A stretch of 64,000 nucleotides of DNA from Clostridiales bacterium (GTDB lineage: Bacteria > Bacillota > Clostridia > Christensenellales > Aristaeellaceae). Shown here in pieces: positions 1 to 8,570 of the stretch. The number at the start of each line of letters is the position of its first letter. Position 1 is the stretch's first letter. The position numbers and the translations under genes are program-made. The notes beneath the pieces are model-generated. The model searched no databases. It worked only from the letters and a program-made list of their open reading frames with translations, and had not been told where the DNA came from. The stretch spans positions 5,121 through 69,120 of the forward strand of contig SFGO01000003.1 of the NCBI GenBank assembly GCA_004556545.1. Reading direction: 5' to 3'.

Positions 1-183
1 ACGGTGCTGTGCTTCTGCACCTCCGGCGGCAGCGGCTATGGACGCACCGGCAGCATTCTTTCCGCGCTGACGGACGACACAGTCACTTGGCTGGAGGGCC
101 GTCGTTTCTCTGCGGGCACGTCCGCAGAGCAGATGCAGCAGTGGCTTCAGGAGATGGACATTGCGCCCTATGCGGCGGAATAA
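1..183 (+). CDS. flavodoxin-family protein, C-terminal fragment (start lies upstream of the window)
   Basis: The frame is open from nt 1 to TAA at 181-183. It reads TVLCFCTSGGSGYGRTGSILSAL...QQWLQEMDIAPYAAE. The FCTSGGSG...W-L tail resembles C-termini of Flavodoxin_4-type proteins. Only a fragment is visible. Confidence 0.4.
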   Translation, partial: TVLCFCTSGGSGYGRTGSILSALTDDTVTWLEGRRFSAGTSAEQMQQWLQEMDIAPYAAE

Positions 184-198
184 AAGGAGGAATCATCA

Positions 199-528
199 AT
201 GGCTGTGAAGCAGACGGCAGGACGCGACGCGCTGGGCGAATTCGCCCCGAAATTCGCAGAATTGAATGACGACGTACTGTTTGGCGAGGTCTGGAGCCGT
301 GAGGATAAGCTGTCCCTCCGTGACCGCTCCATCGTCACGGTGACGGCGCTGATGGCACAGGGACTGGTGGATTCGTCCTTTCAGTACCACCTGATGAGCG
401 CCAAGAAGAACGGCGTAACCAAAGAAGAAATGGCCGAAATTCTGACCCACGCGGCCTTTTATGCAGGCTGGCCCAAGGCGTGGGCGGCATTCCGGCTGGC
501 CAAGGAAGTCTGGAAGGACGAGGAATAA
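199..528 (+). CDS. carboxymuconolactone decarboxylase (CMD/AhpD-like) family protein
   Basis: 109-aa ORF with an AGGAGG RBS just upstream. The sequence ...FGEVWSREDKLSLRDRSIVTVTALMAQG...THAAFYAGWPKAWAA is typical of the CMD family. Confidence 0.8.
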   Translation: MAVKQTAGRDALGEFAPKFAELNDDVLFGEVWSREDKLSLRDRSIVTVTALMAQGLVDSSFQYHLMSAKKNGVTKEEMAEILTHAAFYAGWPKAWAAFRLAKEVWKDEE

Positions 529-547
529 CGCAGAAAGGATCGCGGCC

Positions 548-1231
548 ATGAAAGCGAAAAGAGCCATCAAAATCGGCGTAGATCTGGCCATGACGGCGCT
601 GTTTCTCTGTCAGATGGGTTATCACATGATGGACAACCGCGCCCATGAGTGGCTGGGCATTGCGCTGTGCCTGCTGTTCATCCTGCACCATGCGCTGAAT
701 GGCGAGTGGCATCGCGCCCTGTTTCGGGGAAAGTACTCCGCGCAGCGCCTTTTGCTGACGGCAGTTGATATACTGCTCGTGCTTTCCATGGCCGCGGTCA
801 TCGTCAGTTCCGTTATGGTATCCCGCCACGCTTTCAGCTTTCTTGGGCTTCATCTGCGCGGCCTTGGGCGGCAGCTGCATAGGCCCGCCACCATGTGGGC
901 GTTTGTGCTTGTGGGACTGCATCTGGGGCTGCATTGGAGCATGGTGCTGAACGCTGTGCGGAAAAAGACCAAGCGCAAGGCAGGCAAGGCTGCTGCTGCC
1001 GCGCTGTATGTTCTGTTGGTGCTGGCAGTTGGCTTCGGCGCATATCAGTTTGTTCATCGCGGCCTGTGGATGGAGCTGTTTCGCCTGCGGGAATTTGCCT
1101 TTCTTGATTACGGCGAAACGCTGCCGTATTTCCTTCTTTCCTATATGGCGATTCTCGCCCTGTGGACGGCTGGTTCGTATTATTTGAGCAAACTGCTGAA
1201 AAACAGAAAAAAGTCCGTCAAGAGTGCTTGA
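548..1231 (+). CDS. DUF4405-like polytopic membrane protein (cytochrome-b-like)
   Basis: ATG at 548 is preceded by GAAAGGA. The N-terminus is MKAKRAIKIGVDLAMTALFLCQMGYHMM..HEWLG...LHHALNGEW. It has several hydrophobic helices and conserved His residues. Confidence 0.6.
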   Translation: MKAKRAIKIGVDLAMTALFLCQMGYHMMDNRAHEWLGIALCLLFILHHALNGEWHRALFRGKYSAQRLLLTAVDILLVLSMAAVIVSSVMVSRHAFSFLGLHLRGLGRQLHRPATMWAFVLVGLHLGLHWSMVLNAVRKKTKRKAGKAAAAALYVLLVLAVGFGAYQFVHRGLWMELFRLREFAFLDYGETLPYFLLSYMAILALWTAGSYYLSKLLKNRKKSVKSA

Positions 1232-1233
1232 GC

Positions 1234-1431
1234 ATGAATCGGCTTCTTGCGTTGGCAGCCATGCTGCCGCTTCCCATCACACTTCTGCTGCCGCCAGCCG
1301 GTGCACCGGCTGATGGGGACGCCCTACTTTTCATTCAAAGCGACTTCTTCCTGATGGGAAGCCCGGAAAGCGGGCCTTGGCGTGGTACGGATGAAACGCT
1401 GCACGCCGTTACAGGCGACTGCTTTCACTGA
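1234..1431 (+). pseudogene. N-terminal fragment of a formylglycine-generating-enzyme (SUMF1/FGE) family protein
   Basis: A signal peptide is followed by FFLMGSPESGPWRGTDETLHAVT, which matches the start of the FGE-sulfatase domain. A stop comes after only 65 codons, about 30 nt before the tRNA promoter. Confidence 0.5.
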
Positions 1432-1464
1432 AAAAAAGTCTTGCGAAAAATTTTGAAAAAGTTG

Positions 1465-1493
1465 TTGACAAATGGAGGGGAGTAAGGTATTAT
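1465..1493 (+). promoter_or_regulatory. sigma-70/SigA-type promoter of the tRNA cluster
   Basis: TTGACA (1465-1470), 17-nt spacer, TATTAT (1488-1493), located 38 nt upstream of tRNA-Val. Confidence 0.7.
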
Positions 1494-1531
1494 ATAACAC
1501 GTCGCCGCGATAAACGGTGATGAAAGGGCGG

Positions 1532-1607
1532 GGGAGCATAGCTCAGCTGGGAGAGCATCTGCCTTACAAGCAGAGGGTCACAGGTTCGAGCCCTGTTGTT
1601 CCCACCA
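1532..1607 (+). tRNA. tRNA-Val (anticodon TAC)
   Basis: Hand-folded 76-nt cloverleaf. Acceptor GGGAGCA/TGTTCCC, anticodon loop CTTACAA, T-loop TTCGAGC, encoded CCA. Confidence 0.9.
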
Positions 1608-1613
1608 AAAGAT

Positions 1614-1690
1614 GGCCAAGTAGCTCAGTTGGTTAGAGCGCCAGCCTGTCACGCTGGAGGTCGAGGGTTCGAGACCCTTCTTGGTCGCCA
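1614..1690 (+). tRNA. tRNA-Asp (anticodon GTC)
   Basis: 77-nt cloverleaf. Acceptor GGCCAAG/CTTGGTC, anticodon stem CCAGC/GCTGG with loop CTGTCAC, encoded CCA. Confidence 0.9.
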
Positions 1691-1694
1691 TTGT

Positions 1695-1770
1695 GCCTTG
1701 GTAGCTCAGTCGGTAGAGCAGTAGACTGAAAATCTACGTGTCGGTGGTTCGATTCCGCCCCAAGGCACCA
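1695..1770 (+). tRNA. tRNA-Phe (anticodon GAA)
   Basis: 76-nt cloverleaf. Acceptor GCCTTGG/CCAAGGC, anticodon loop CTGAAAA, T-loop TTCGATT, encoded CCA. Confidence 0.9.
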
Positions 1771-1776
1771 TAGTGT

Positions 1777-1851
1777 GCGGTAGTAGCTCAGTGGTAGAGT
1801 GCCACCTTGCCAAGGTGGATGTCGCGGGTCCGAATCCCGTCTACCGCTCCA
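1777..1851 (+). tRNA. tRNA-Gly (anticodon GCC)
   Basis: 75-nt cloverleaf. Acceptor GCGGTAG/CTACCGC, anticodon stem CCACC/GGTGG with loop TTGCCAA, encoded CCA. Confidence 0.9.
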
Positions 1852-1857
1852 CACTTC

Positions 1858-1932
1858 GGTGCCATAGCCAAGCGGTAAGGCGAAGGTCTGCAAAACCTTT
1901 ATTCCCCGGTCCGAATCCGGGTGGCACCTCCA
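1858..1932 (+). tRNA. tRNA-Cys (anticodon GCA)
   Basis: 75-nt cloverleaf. Acceptor GGTGCCA/TGGCACC, anticodon stem AAGGT/ACCTT with loop CTGCAAA, encoded CCA. Confidence 0.9.
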
Positions 1933-1971
1933 CCTTATCACTTTCAAAGTGATACCGAAACTCAATGAAAA

Positions 1972-1996
1972 AGCTCCGTGAAAACGGGGCTTTTTC
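1972..1996 (+). terminator. intrinsic terminator of the tRNA cluster
   Basis: Hairpin GCTCCGT-gaaa-ACGGGGC followed by TTTTT. Confidence 0.6.
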
Positions 1997-2057
1997 ATTT
2001 GCTGTTTGCATGCCTTGCCGTTCCCGTGCTGGGAAACCGCGAGGCATGCAAATTTTT

Positions 2058-2215
2058 GGCTCTTTGTCAAATGTTGGGGTAAGCAGGATTCGCAACCTGT
2101 AAAATGCGAGCACGGAAGTTGGAAAAATTGCGAAAGCCAAAGGCAACGCGCTTCAGGGCTTTGATGGCATTGCTGCAGCCCTCAGTGAAAGCGTTGAAGT
2201 AGACTTCAAAAGGCT
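2058..2215 (-). mobile_element. ISL3-family insertion-sequence end remnant (terminal repeat plus the last ~45 transposase codons)
   Basis: The minus-strand frame reads PKPFEVYFNAFTEGCSNAIKALKRVAFGFRNFSNFRARILQVANPAYPNI*. This matches the conserved ISL3 transposase C-terminus (xTEGxNNxIKxxKRxxFGFRNFxNFRxRIL). An in-frame TAG lies 5 codons upstream of VYFNAF. The outer end GGCTCTTTGTCAAA (2058-2071) looks like an ISL3 terminal inverted repeat. Confidence 0.55.
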
Positions 2216-2260
2216 TCGGCTATCGTGCAGTATCTTCTGCGCGTCGTTCCTTATACGGCA

Positions 2261-2291
2261 GAACCCGTTGGCGGATTTCGCCAACGGGTTC
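2261..2291 (-). terminator. hairpin terminator downstream of the ABC importer operon
   Basis: Perfect 13-bp stem GAACCCGTTGGCG / CGCCAACGGGTTC with a 5-nt loop, 35 nt past the stop at 2326. The U-tract is weak. Confidence 0.5.
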
Positions 2292-2325
2292 CCTTTAGGT
2301 TCTATTCGATGGATGGTTTGGTTCG

Positions 2326-3855
2326 TCAGTTCATGTAGCGGTCGTAAGCGGTCTGATACACGGCCAGCACGTCCGCGATGCCCATTTTTTCGATCTGGGC
2401 GGCATAGGCGTCAAACTGATCCAGACTTTCTACGCCCATGATGAACTTATCGATCATTTCGTTCATGTAGGTTTCGATTTCCGTGTACTTTTCGTTGATG
2501 ATGCTCTGCTCATCGCTGGTAAAGTCCAGCGTGGGGAAGGCAGCGCCAATGTGGTTTTCGCTTTCGTAAAGGTCGCGGATGCGGTTGACTTCATCGGTCA
2601 CGAAAGCACGCTCATAGCGGGCATCTTGGCGTAGAGTCAGCAAAATCTGTACGCCGAAGGAACGCAGCGCATCCTGCGGGGACAAACCGTCGGGGTTGTT
2701 CATGATAAGATCGGTGTACTTGATTTCGCCGTCCACGTACTCGAACTGTTCGCCTTCCACGCCGAAGTTCATCAGCAGCATGCCCTCTTCGCTGTACAGG
2801 TAATCGAACAGCTTCATGGCGGCTTTCTTCTGTTCGTCGGTAGCGCCTACATAAATAGCGGCATTCCATTCGCCATCAGCGATAGGCTGAAGCTGGTCAC
2901 GGGTTTCGCTGATGCCGGTGGGACCTTCCGGAGGAAGTGCACCAACAATGCGGATATCGCTGTTTTCGTTTTTGAACAAATTGCTCACATTGTCGATGTA
3001 GGCAGCCCAGTCATAGCTCATGAAGACCTGATTGTTGGTCCATTCACTATACCAGGCAGTTTTGTCCAGCGTAAGGTATTCCATGTCGATCAGCTTTTCC
3101 TCGTAGCAGCGGTGCAGCCACTCCAGCGCTTCCTTCATGCGCGCGTCGGTAGCACCGAATTTTACCTTGCCATCCTCAGCAAAGAAGGTTTCGGCAATGC
3201 CCCAGTTGTTGATGAAAGCCATCAGATTGCTGCGATTGTTTTTGCCCTGCTTTCGCACGGAGAAGGGAATTTCGTCCGCTTCGCCATTGCCGTTGGGGTC
3301 GCCTTCCTTAATCGCCTTGAAAACGTTGTATAGATCCTCAGCCGTCTTCGGGGCTTCCAGATTGAGTTTGTCCAGCCAGTCCTGACGGTAAAAATACACC
3401 TTGCCGCAGGTGATGGCTGTACGCTGGCCGATATAGCGAATGTTTCCATCGGTGTCACTGACTCTGCGGCGCATGTCGGGATCACTGTACACGGCCCACA
3501 GGTTGGGCGTATCGGTTTCGTTCAGAAGCTCGTTCAAAGGCTGCCAGGCATCCTTGTAGAGCAGCAGATCATTGGCTTTATACTGAACAATGGTCGGCAA
3601 ATCGCCGCTGGCCATCAACAGGCCGTACTTTTCGGAAATACTTTCGGTGGGGGCGGAAATGATCTCAATGTTGATGCCAAGACGTTCCTTGAGCAGTTCG
3701 ATGGTTTCCAGACCGTTCCGGAAGGGCATGTTCTCACGATCAGAACCCCAGATAGTGATGGTGACGGGTTCCTCAGCCTGAGCGACGGCAACGAAGCTCA
3801 GGGGCAGCAGCGCGATTGCCAACAGAAGCGCCAGGAAACGGGATACCTTTTTCAT
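2326..3855 (-). CDS. extracellular solute-binding protein, large LplA/YtcQ-like family-1 sugar ABC binding protein
   Basis: ATG at 3855 with an AGGAGG RBS. The signal peptide is MKKVSRFLALLLAIALLPLSFVAVAQA. It is 509 aa and lies adjacent to two CUT1-type permease genes. Confidence 0.8.
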   Translation of the reverse strand: MKKVSRFLALLLAIALLPLSFVAVAQAEEPVTITIWGSDRENMPFRNGLETIELLKERLGINIEIISAPTESISEKYGLLMASGDLPTIVQYKANDLLLYKDAWQPLNELLNETDTPNLWAVYSDPDMRRRVSDTDGNIRYIGQRTAITCGKVYFYRQDWLDKLNLEAPKTAEDLYNVFKAIKEGDPNGNGEADEIPFSVRKQGKNNRSNLMAFINNWGIAETFFAEDGKVKFGATDARMKEALEWLHRCYEEKLIDMEYLTLDKTAWYSEWTNNQVFMSYDWAAYIDNVSNLFKNENSDIRIVGALPPEGPTGISETRDQLQPIADGEWNAAIYVGATDEQKKAAMKLFDYLYSEEGMLLMNFGVEGEQFEYVDGEIKYTDLIMNNPDGLSPQDALRSFGVQILLTLRQDARYERAFVTDEVNRIRDLYESENHIGAAFPTLDFTSDEQSIINEKYTEIETYMNEMIDKFIMGVESLDQFDAYAAQIEKMGIADVLAVYQTAYDRYMN

Positions 3856-3919
3856 GGGAAGACCTCCTTTTGATATGAATATGGACACCAGTTCTGATAA
3901 CCCCAATCGGGGGAAAATC

Positions 3920-4816
3920 CTATTCTTTCACAGACCCAACCATAACGCCCTTGACGAAATACCGCTGAATGAAGGGATACATGCACAACATCGGCAGCAT
4001 GGCGACCACGATGGTGGCGTATTTGATTCCCTCGGCCATGTTATTTTCCGTGCTGGTAGCGTTTTCAACGATTTCGTTCATAAGGACCACCTGTCGAAGG
4101 ACAATCTGCAGGGGATACATTTCCGCCTTGCTCAGGTAGATCACCGCACTGAAGTAGCTGTTCCAGTGACCGACTGCATAGAACATGCCGATGGTCATCA
4201 GGCTGGCCAGACTCAGCGGGAGAACGATTCGGAAGAGAATCCCAAAGTCCGTGCAGCCGTCCAGCTCCGCTGCCTCGACCAGACTGGTAGGAATGGCCAG
4301 AAAAAAGGTGCGCATCAGGATCATATTGTAGGTGCTCACCGCGCCTGGCAGGATCATCGCCCAAACGGTGTTGAGCAGCTTCAGTTCCTTCACCACCAAA
4401 AAAGTGGGAATCATGCCGCCGGAGAAGAACATGGTAAACGTACACATGAGCGTCAGAAAACGCCGTCCGGGCATTTTTTTCTGACTCAGGGCCCAAGCGC
4501 CGCATACGGTCAGAAGCAGGTTCACGGCTGTGCCCAGCAGCGTATAAACCACGGTGTTGCGGTAGCTGGTCCAGAGCTGGGGATAGTTGAAAACCTTGGA
4601 ATAGGCCTTTGTATGAAAGCCTACCGGCAGGAAGGCCACGTCGCCCCGCAGAATCGCGGTTTCTTCCGAAAAAGAGGCGGCTATGACGTAGACCACCGGA
4701 TACAGCATCAAAAAGCAGAGAAACAGCAGAATGACGACGTTCAGCTTGAGAAAAATGCGTCGGCTGAGCGATTCCCGGATTCTATGCCGAGGCTTGGAAA
4801 CGGCTTGAATGGTCAT
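3920..4816 (-). CDS. carbohydrate ABC transporter permease (LplC-like)
   Basis: 298 aa, 6-TM type, RBS GGGAGGAG. The EAA-like loop AIPTSLVEAAELDGCTDFGILFRIVLP is typical of MalG/LplC permeases. Confidence 0.85.
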   Translation of the reverse strand: MTIQAVSKPRHRIRESLSRRIFLKLNVVILLFLCFLMLYPVVYVIAASFSEETAILRGDVAFLPVGFHTKAYSKVFNYPQLWTSYRNTVVYTLLGTAVNLLLTVCGAWALSQKKMPGRRFLTLMCTFTMFFSGGMIPTFLVVKELKLLNTVWAMILPGAVSTYNMILMRTFFLAIPTSLVEAAELDGCTDFGILFRIVLPLSLASLMTIGMFYAVGHWNSYFSAVIYLSKAEMYPLQIVLRQVVLMNEIVENATSTENNMAEGIKYATIVVAMLPMLCMYPFIQRYFVKGVMVGSVKE

Positions 4817-4832
4817 GAAAGTTACTCCTCCC

Positions 4833-5756
4833 TCACCATAGGCTGTTTTCGCTGTAGGTACGGCTGAGCCAGTTGCTGAAGATCACCATGGCAAACCCAA
4901 TGACGCTCTGGAACATCCCGACGGCAGTCGTATAGCTGTACTCGCCGCCCTTCAGGCCACGGCGGTAGACGTAGGTGCCGATAACGTCGCTGGTTTCCAT
5001 ATTGGCGTTGTTTTGCAGCAGCAGGATGGTTTCATAGCCTGCGTCCATCACATGCCCCAGACGCATAATCAGCAGCACCACCACGGTGCCGGAAATGCCG
5101 GGTAGGGTAATGTGCCACATCCGGCGCAGATATCCGCCGCCATCCACTGTGCAGGCCTCATACAGCTCTCCGTTGATGCCGCTGATCGCCGCCAGGAAGA
5201 TAATGGAATTCCAGCCGATGTTCTTCCAAAGATTCATCAGCGTGTAAATGGTGCGGAAGGATTCCGGCTGCGTCATAAAATACTGACGTTCGCCGCCCAG
5301 CGAAGCGATGACGTTATTGATCAGCCCGCTGGAGGGAGAAAGAAACTGGACGACCATACTGGCCAAAACGACCGAGGAGATAAAGTAGGGCATGTAGGTG
5401 ATCGTCCGAGTGACCTTCTTAAACCGCTTCTGCTGCACTTCGTTGAGAAGAAGGGCCAGAATGATTGCGGCGGGAAAATTGAAAAGCAGATCGTACAGGT
5501 TGATCAGCAGCGTATTGCGGACCAGCCGCCAGAGATAGATAGAATGGAAGAATTGCTTAAAGTACTTGAATCCTACCCATGGACTTTTGTCAAAACCCAG
5601 AAAAGCATTGTAATCCTTAAACGCGATGCTCAGGCCCAGCATAGGGGCGTAGCGAAAAAACACATAGTAAAGAAACACGGGCAGAAACATCAGGTAAAGA
5701 TATTTTGCCGCCCAGATTCTTCGCCAGAGCAATGCCGACTTCGTTTTTTTCTTCAC
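4833..5756 (-). CDS. carbohydrate ABC transporter permease (LplB-like)
   Basis: GTG start at 5756 with a GGAGGTGA RBS. The loop ISGINGELYEACTVDGGGYLRRMWHITLP matches the EAA motif. Confidence 0.85.
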   Translation of the reverse strand: MKKKTKSALLWRRIWAAKYLYLMFLPVFLYYVFFRYAPMLGLSIAFKDYNAFLGFDKSPWVGFKYFKQFFHSIYLWRLVRNTLLINLYDLLFNFPAAIILALLLNEVQQKRFKKVTRTITYMPYFISSVVLASMVVQFLSPSSGLINNVIASLGGERQYFMTQPESFRTIYTLMNLWKNIGWNSIIFLAAISGINGELYEACTVDGGGYLRRMWHITLPGISGTVVVLLIMRLGHVMDAGYETILLLQNNANMETSDVIGTYVYRRGLKGGEYSYTTAVGMFQSVIGFAMVIFSNWLSRTYSENSLW

Positions 5757-5851
5757 GCGTTTTCACCTCCGTGAAGAAAGCGTAGCATGTATTTTGCTTT
5801 TTTTCTATCTTCTATTTGAGGAAAACGGTCGTCTAAATCGACAAAATGGCA

Positions 5852-8176
5852 TCATCCAATCGGCGAATTCATCGTCGAATTAGCTACTCGGAACTGTCCG
5901 GGAGTGATTCCTTCGGATTTTTTGAACATCCGGATAAAGGTATTCTGGTTTTCGATGCCCACCATGGCCCCGACTTCCCGAACGGTCAACTGGGTTTCGC
6001 AAAGCAGACTTTTCGCCTTGGAAATGCGCAGGTCTGTCAGCATGCGCAGAAAGCTGGTACCGCCGACTTTGCGGAAGATCAGACCGATATAGCTTGGCGA
6101 AAGGGAAAGCGCCGCGCTGGCTGTATCCAGCGAAATATCGTTCTGATATTCCCGCAGCAGATAATCCATCAGCTTCTGGTACAGGATTTTTTCCTGACTG
6201 GATGCATTGGAAGGCAACGCTTCCATAATAGCGTCAAAAACGGTCGAAAGCTGCTGAAGCGTCTCTTCTCCCATGGGAAGCAGACTGGACGACAGGCCGG
6301 TCTGTTCCAGACTTTCCTCAAAGGCGGATTCAACGCCCGCCTGCTTGGCGGCGCGCAGTGCGGTGAAGAGAAGCGCTTGCGCTACGTTGCGCTTTAAGAG
6401 GGGCGCATTATCGTGACTTTCGCAGAGATTCTTAAGAAAGCGGTGCGTCTCTTCTTTCTGGCCGCTGGTGATGTAATTCAAAAGCTGTTGCTCCGCACTG
6501 AGCGGATAATCCTGAGCGGATGGCAGCACGATCTCTTCGGCATAATACAGCGCCCGTTCGTCGGTGCGTTTTCCGCAGCGGAGCGCCATCATGGCGTCCA
6601 CCAGCGAGTCGGCTGCGCTTTCCGTGCCGTAAGCGCGGCCAATGCCGATTTTGCACGCCGTACAGACGGAAAAACGCTCGCAGCATTTTTCCAAAAATTG
6701 ATAAATCAGCTCAGGACACGGATGATCGATGTCCAGATTGAACAGAACCAGCAGACAACCGTCGGTTCGCTGGGCGCACCAGATCCGCATGGGGCCGTAG
6801 TCAGCCTCGGTTTGAGCCCGCTCAATCCAGTCCGGCACATTTTGCCCCAGTTCTTCCCGAAGCCGCTCGCTTTCCCGGAAGTTGATTTCGATCACCGCCG
6901 CCTGAACCCGCTGATAGGGAAGAAAAATCTGCGCCTGCGCCAGAACGCTCTGCCAGTCGCCCCGCATCCTGCCTTCCATCCATTCCGGCAGCAGTTTATT
7001 TTTCAGCAAACGAATCGTTTCCTGGTTGGAAAGGGTCAGCGTGTGATTTTCTTCGGCAATCAGCCGAATAGCATCGCTCAACAGAGCGTACTCGTTGGTC
7101 TGACGCTGCCCGGATAGCAGGTGACCCATCTGGTCTACCTGCCTGAGCAGCTGTTCCAGCGGCGCGTACATTTTCTGGCTGGCAAATACGGCGGCCAGAA
7201 CGCCTGCCAGCATACAAACGCCCATGACCAGCATGGTCAGCTGTTTCGTCCGTTCTGCCGGAGCCAGCAGTTGGCTGTAGGGAACGACGGCGATGCACAC
7301 AAGCCCCGGCGCAATGGTTTTTCTGGCCATAACGCCATACTCTCTGCCGCCGTAACGGATGGTTTTCTGACCGCCCTTCATAAAAAGACGGCAAACCTCC
7401 GCCACTGCTTCGTCCTCGCAGGGCAGCAGGGGATTGCCCTGCGAATCCGCCAGCAGTAAAACGCCGTTTTCGCTTTCCGGCAAAAAGTTTTTCAGCTTTT
7501 CAATCTGCAAATGATAAAACGCGAAGCCCTGCTGATAGGGCGAATTCATGGGAAGGGAGCTGGCGAAAACCAGCACAGAATCCTGACTCATCACCCGATG
7601 AATGGTGGAGAGGCCCGCAAACAGGCAAAGGGAGGTTTCCGTATTCTGATGCAGTACTTCCTGAATGCCTTTCAGAGATAGGAAATCGATTTTTTCATAA
7701 TAGTCTTTGGAGGAAAAGCTGCTTTCGGAGGTAATGATTAAATCCAGCTTGCTGAAATAAATCCCGATATCGCAAAGCGTATTGCTGAAGGCCTTCATGT
7801 TCTTCAGGGTTTCAATCAAGTCTTTCTTGATGAGGATATGAGAGGGCGTTTGGTCGGATAAGAAAAGAAAGGTTTCTACGGAACGGTCATTGCTCAGCTG
7901 CCACGAAAAGGAGTTCAGCTGTTCCAACTGCTGATCCATGGAAACGCAGGTGGTTTTCAGCAGCGCCTCCTGCTGACGCCATGCGTCCTCCATCAGCTGA
8001 CTGGAGGTGCGCTGATAGAGCCAAAAACCGGTAAAAACGGTTGTGACCACTGTAAAAGCAATCAGAAGCGTCATCAGTTTGACCCTGACGCTCCGATGAA
8101 AAAGGGAAATTTTCGTTGATTTGAGCCCTTTTCCCTGCTCTGCATGGCGAAGCTGCACTGTTTTCACCCTTTCCAT
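5852..8176 (-). CDS. membrane-anchored AraC-family transcriptional regulator with an extracytoplasmic sensor domain
   Basis: Start at MERVKTVQL (ATG 8176). TM1 is LMTLLIAFTVVTTVFTGFWLY, followed by a ~290-aa extracytoplasmic segment and TM2 LTMLVMGVCMLAGVLAAVFA. The C-terminus carries an AraC double HTH (...LSPSYIGLIFRKVGGTSFLRMLTDLRISKAKSLL...GIENQNTFIRMFKKSEGITPGQFR). No receiver or kinase domain is visible. Confidence 0.75.
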   Translation of the reverse strand: MERVKTVQLRHAEQGKGLKSTKISLFHRSVRVKLMTLLIAFTVVTTVFTGFWLYQRTSSQLMEDAWRQQEALLKTTCVSMDQQLEQLNSFSWQLSNDRSVETFLFLSDQTPSHILIKKDLIETLKNMKAFSNTLCDIGIYFSKLDLIITSESSFSSKDYYEKIDFLSLKGIQEVLHQNTETSLCLFAGLSTIHRVMSQDSVLVFASSLPMNSPYQQGFAFYHLQIEKLKNFLPESENGVLLLADSQGNPLLPCEDEAVAEVCRLFMKGGQKTIRYGGREYGVMARKTIAPGLVCIAVVPYSQLLAPAERTKQLTMLVMGVCMLAGVLAAVFASQKMYAPLEQLLRQVDQMGHLLSGQRQTNEYALLSDAIRLIAEENHTLTLSNQETIRLLKNKLLPEWMEGRMRGDWQSVLAQAQIFLPYQRVQAAVIEINFRESERLREELGQNVPDWIERAQTEADYGPMRIWCAQRTDGCLLVLFNLDIDHPCPELIYQFLEKCCERFSVCTACKIGIGRAYGTESAADSLVDAMMALRCGKRTDERALYYAEEIVLPSAQDYPLSAEQQLLNYITSGQKEETHRFLKNLCESHDNAPLLKRNVAQALLFTALRAAKQAGVESAFEESLEQTGLSSSLLPMGEETLQQLSTVFDAIMEALPSNASSQEKILYQKLMDYLLREYQNDISLDTASAALSLSPSYIGLIFRKVGGTSFLRMLTDLRISKAKSLLCETQLTVREVGAMVGIENQNTFIRMFKKSEGITPGQFRVANSTMNSPIG

Positions 8177-8351
8177 GACACCGGTTTTTTTCCTCGTATC
8201 GGGAAGCCATGTTCCGGATAAATTCGAAACATAGCATCTCCTTCTTTGCCTGCCTATTTTATCCGGCAAAGGTCTTTCCGTCAAGCGCAAGGCACCAACG
8301 CCTGCGGGAGAAGGGCTTTCATAAAAAATTCTTTTTTTGGAAAAATAGGTG

Positions 8352-8380
8352 TTGACAGATTCGAAGTTCTGTTATATAAT
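8352..8380 (+). promoter_or_regulatory. consensus SigA promoter of the tRNA-Met pair
   Basis: TTGACA (8352-8357), 17-nt spacer, TATAAT (8375-8380). Confidence 0.75.
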
Positions 8381-8407
8381 CATCATCGTTGCGAAAGCAA
8401 CCGATAA

Positions 8408-8484
<77 letters not shown>

Positions 8485-8488
8485 ACAT

Positions 8489-8565
8489 GGCTCCGTAGCT
8501 CAGCTGGCTAGAGCATTCGGTTCATACCCGGAGTGTCACTGGTTCGAATCCAGTCGGAGCCACCA
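8489..8565 (+). tRNA. tRNA-Met (anticodon CAT), probably elongator
   Basis: 77-nt cloverleaf. Acceptor GGCTCCG/CGGAGCC fully paired, anticodon loop TTCATAC. A lysidine-modified tRNA-Ile2 cannot be excluded by eye. Confidence 0.8.
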
Positions 8566-8570
8566 TCGTG

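Noticed and set aside
1633-2146. Minus-strand ORFs (145 and 101 aa) overlapping the tRNA array
   Set aside because: They run through five tRNA genes. Only the 2067-2204 portion is meaningful, as a transposase C-terminal remnant.
8489-8565. Possibility that the second CAT-anticodon tRNA is tRNA-Ile2 (lysidine)
   Set aside because: The anticodon arm (GGTTCATACCC) looks like Firmicute elongator tRNA-Met rather than tRNA-Ile2. The distinction needs a dedicated classifier, so it is kept as tRNA-Met.
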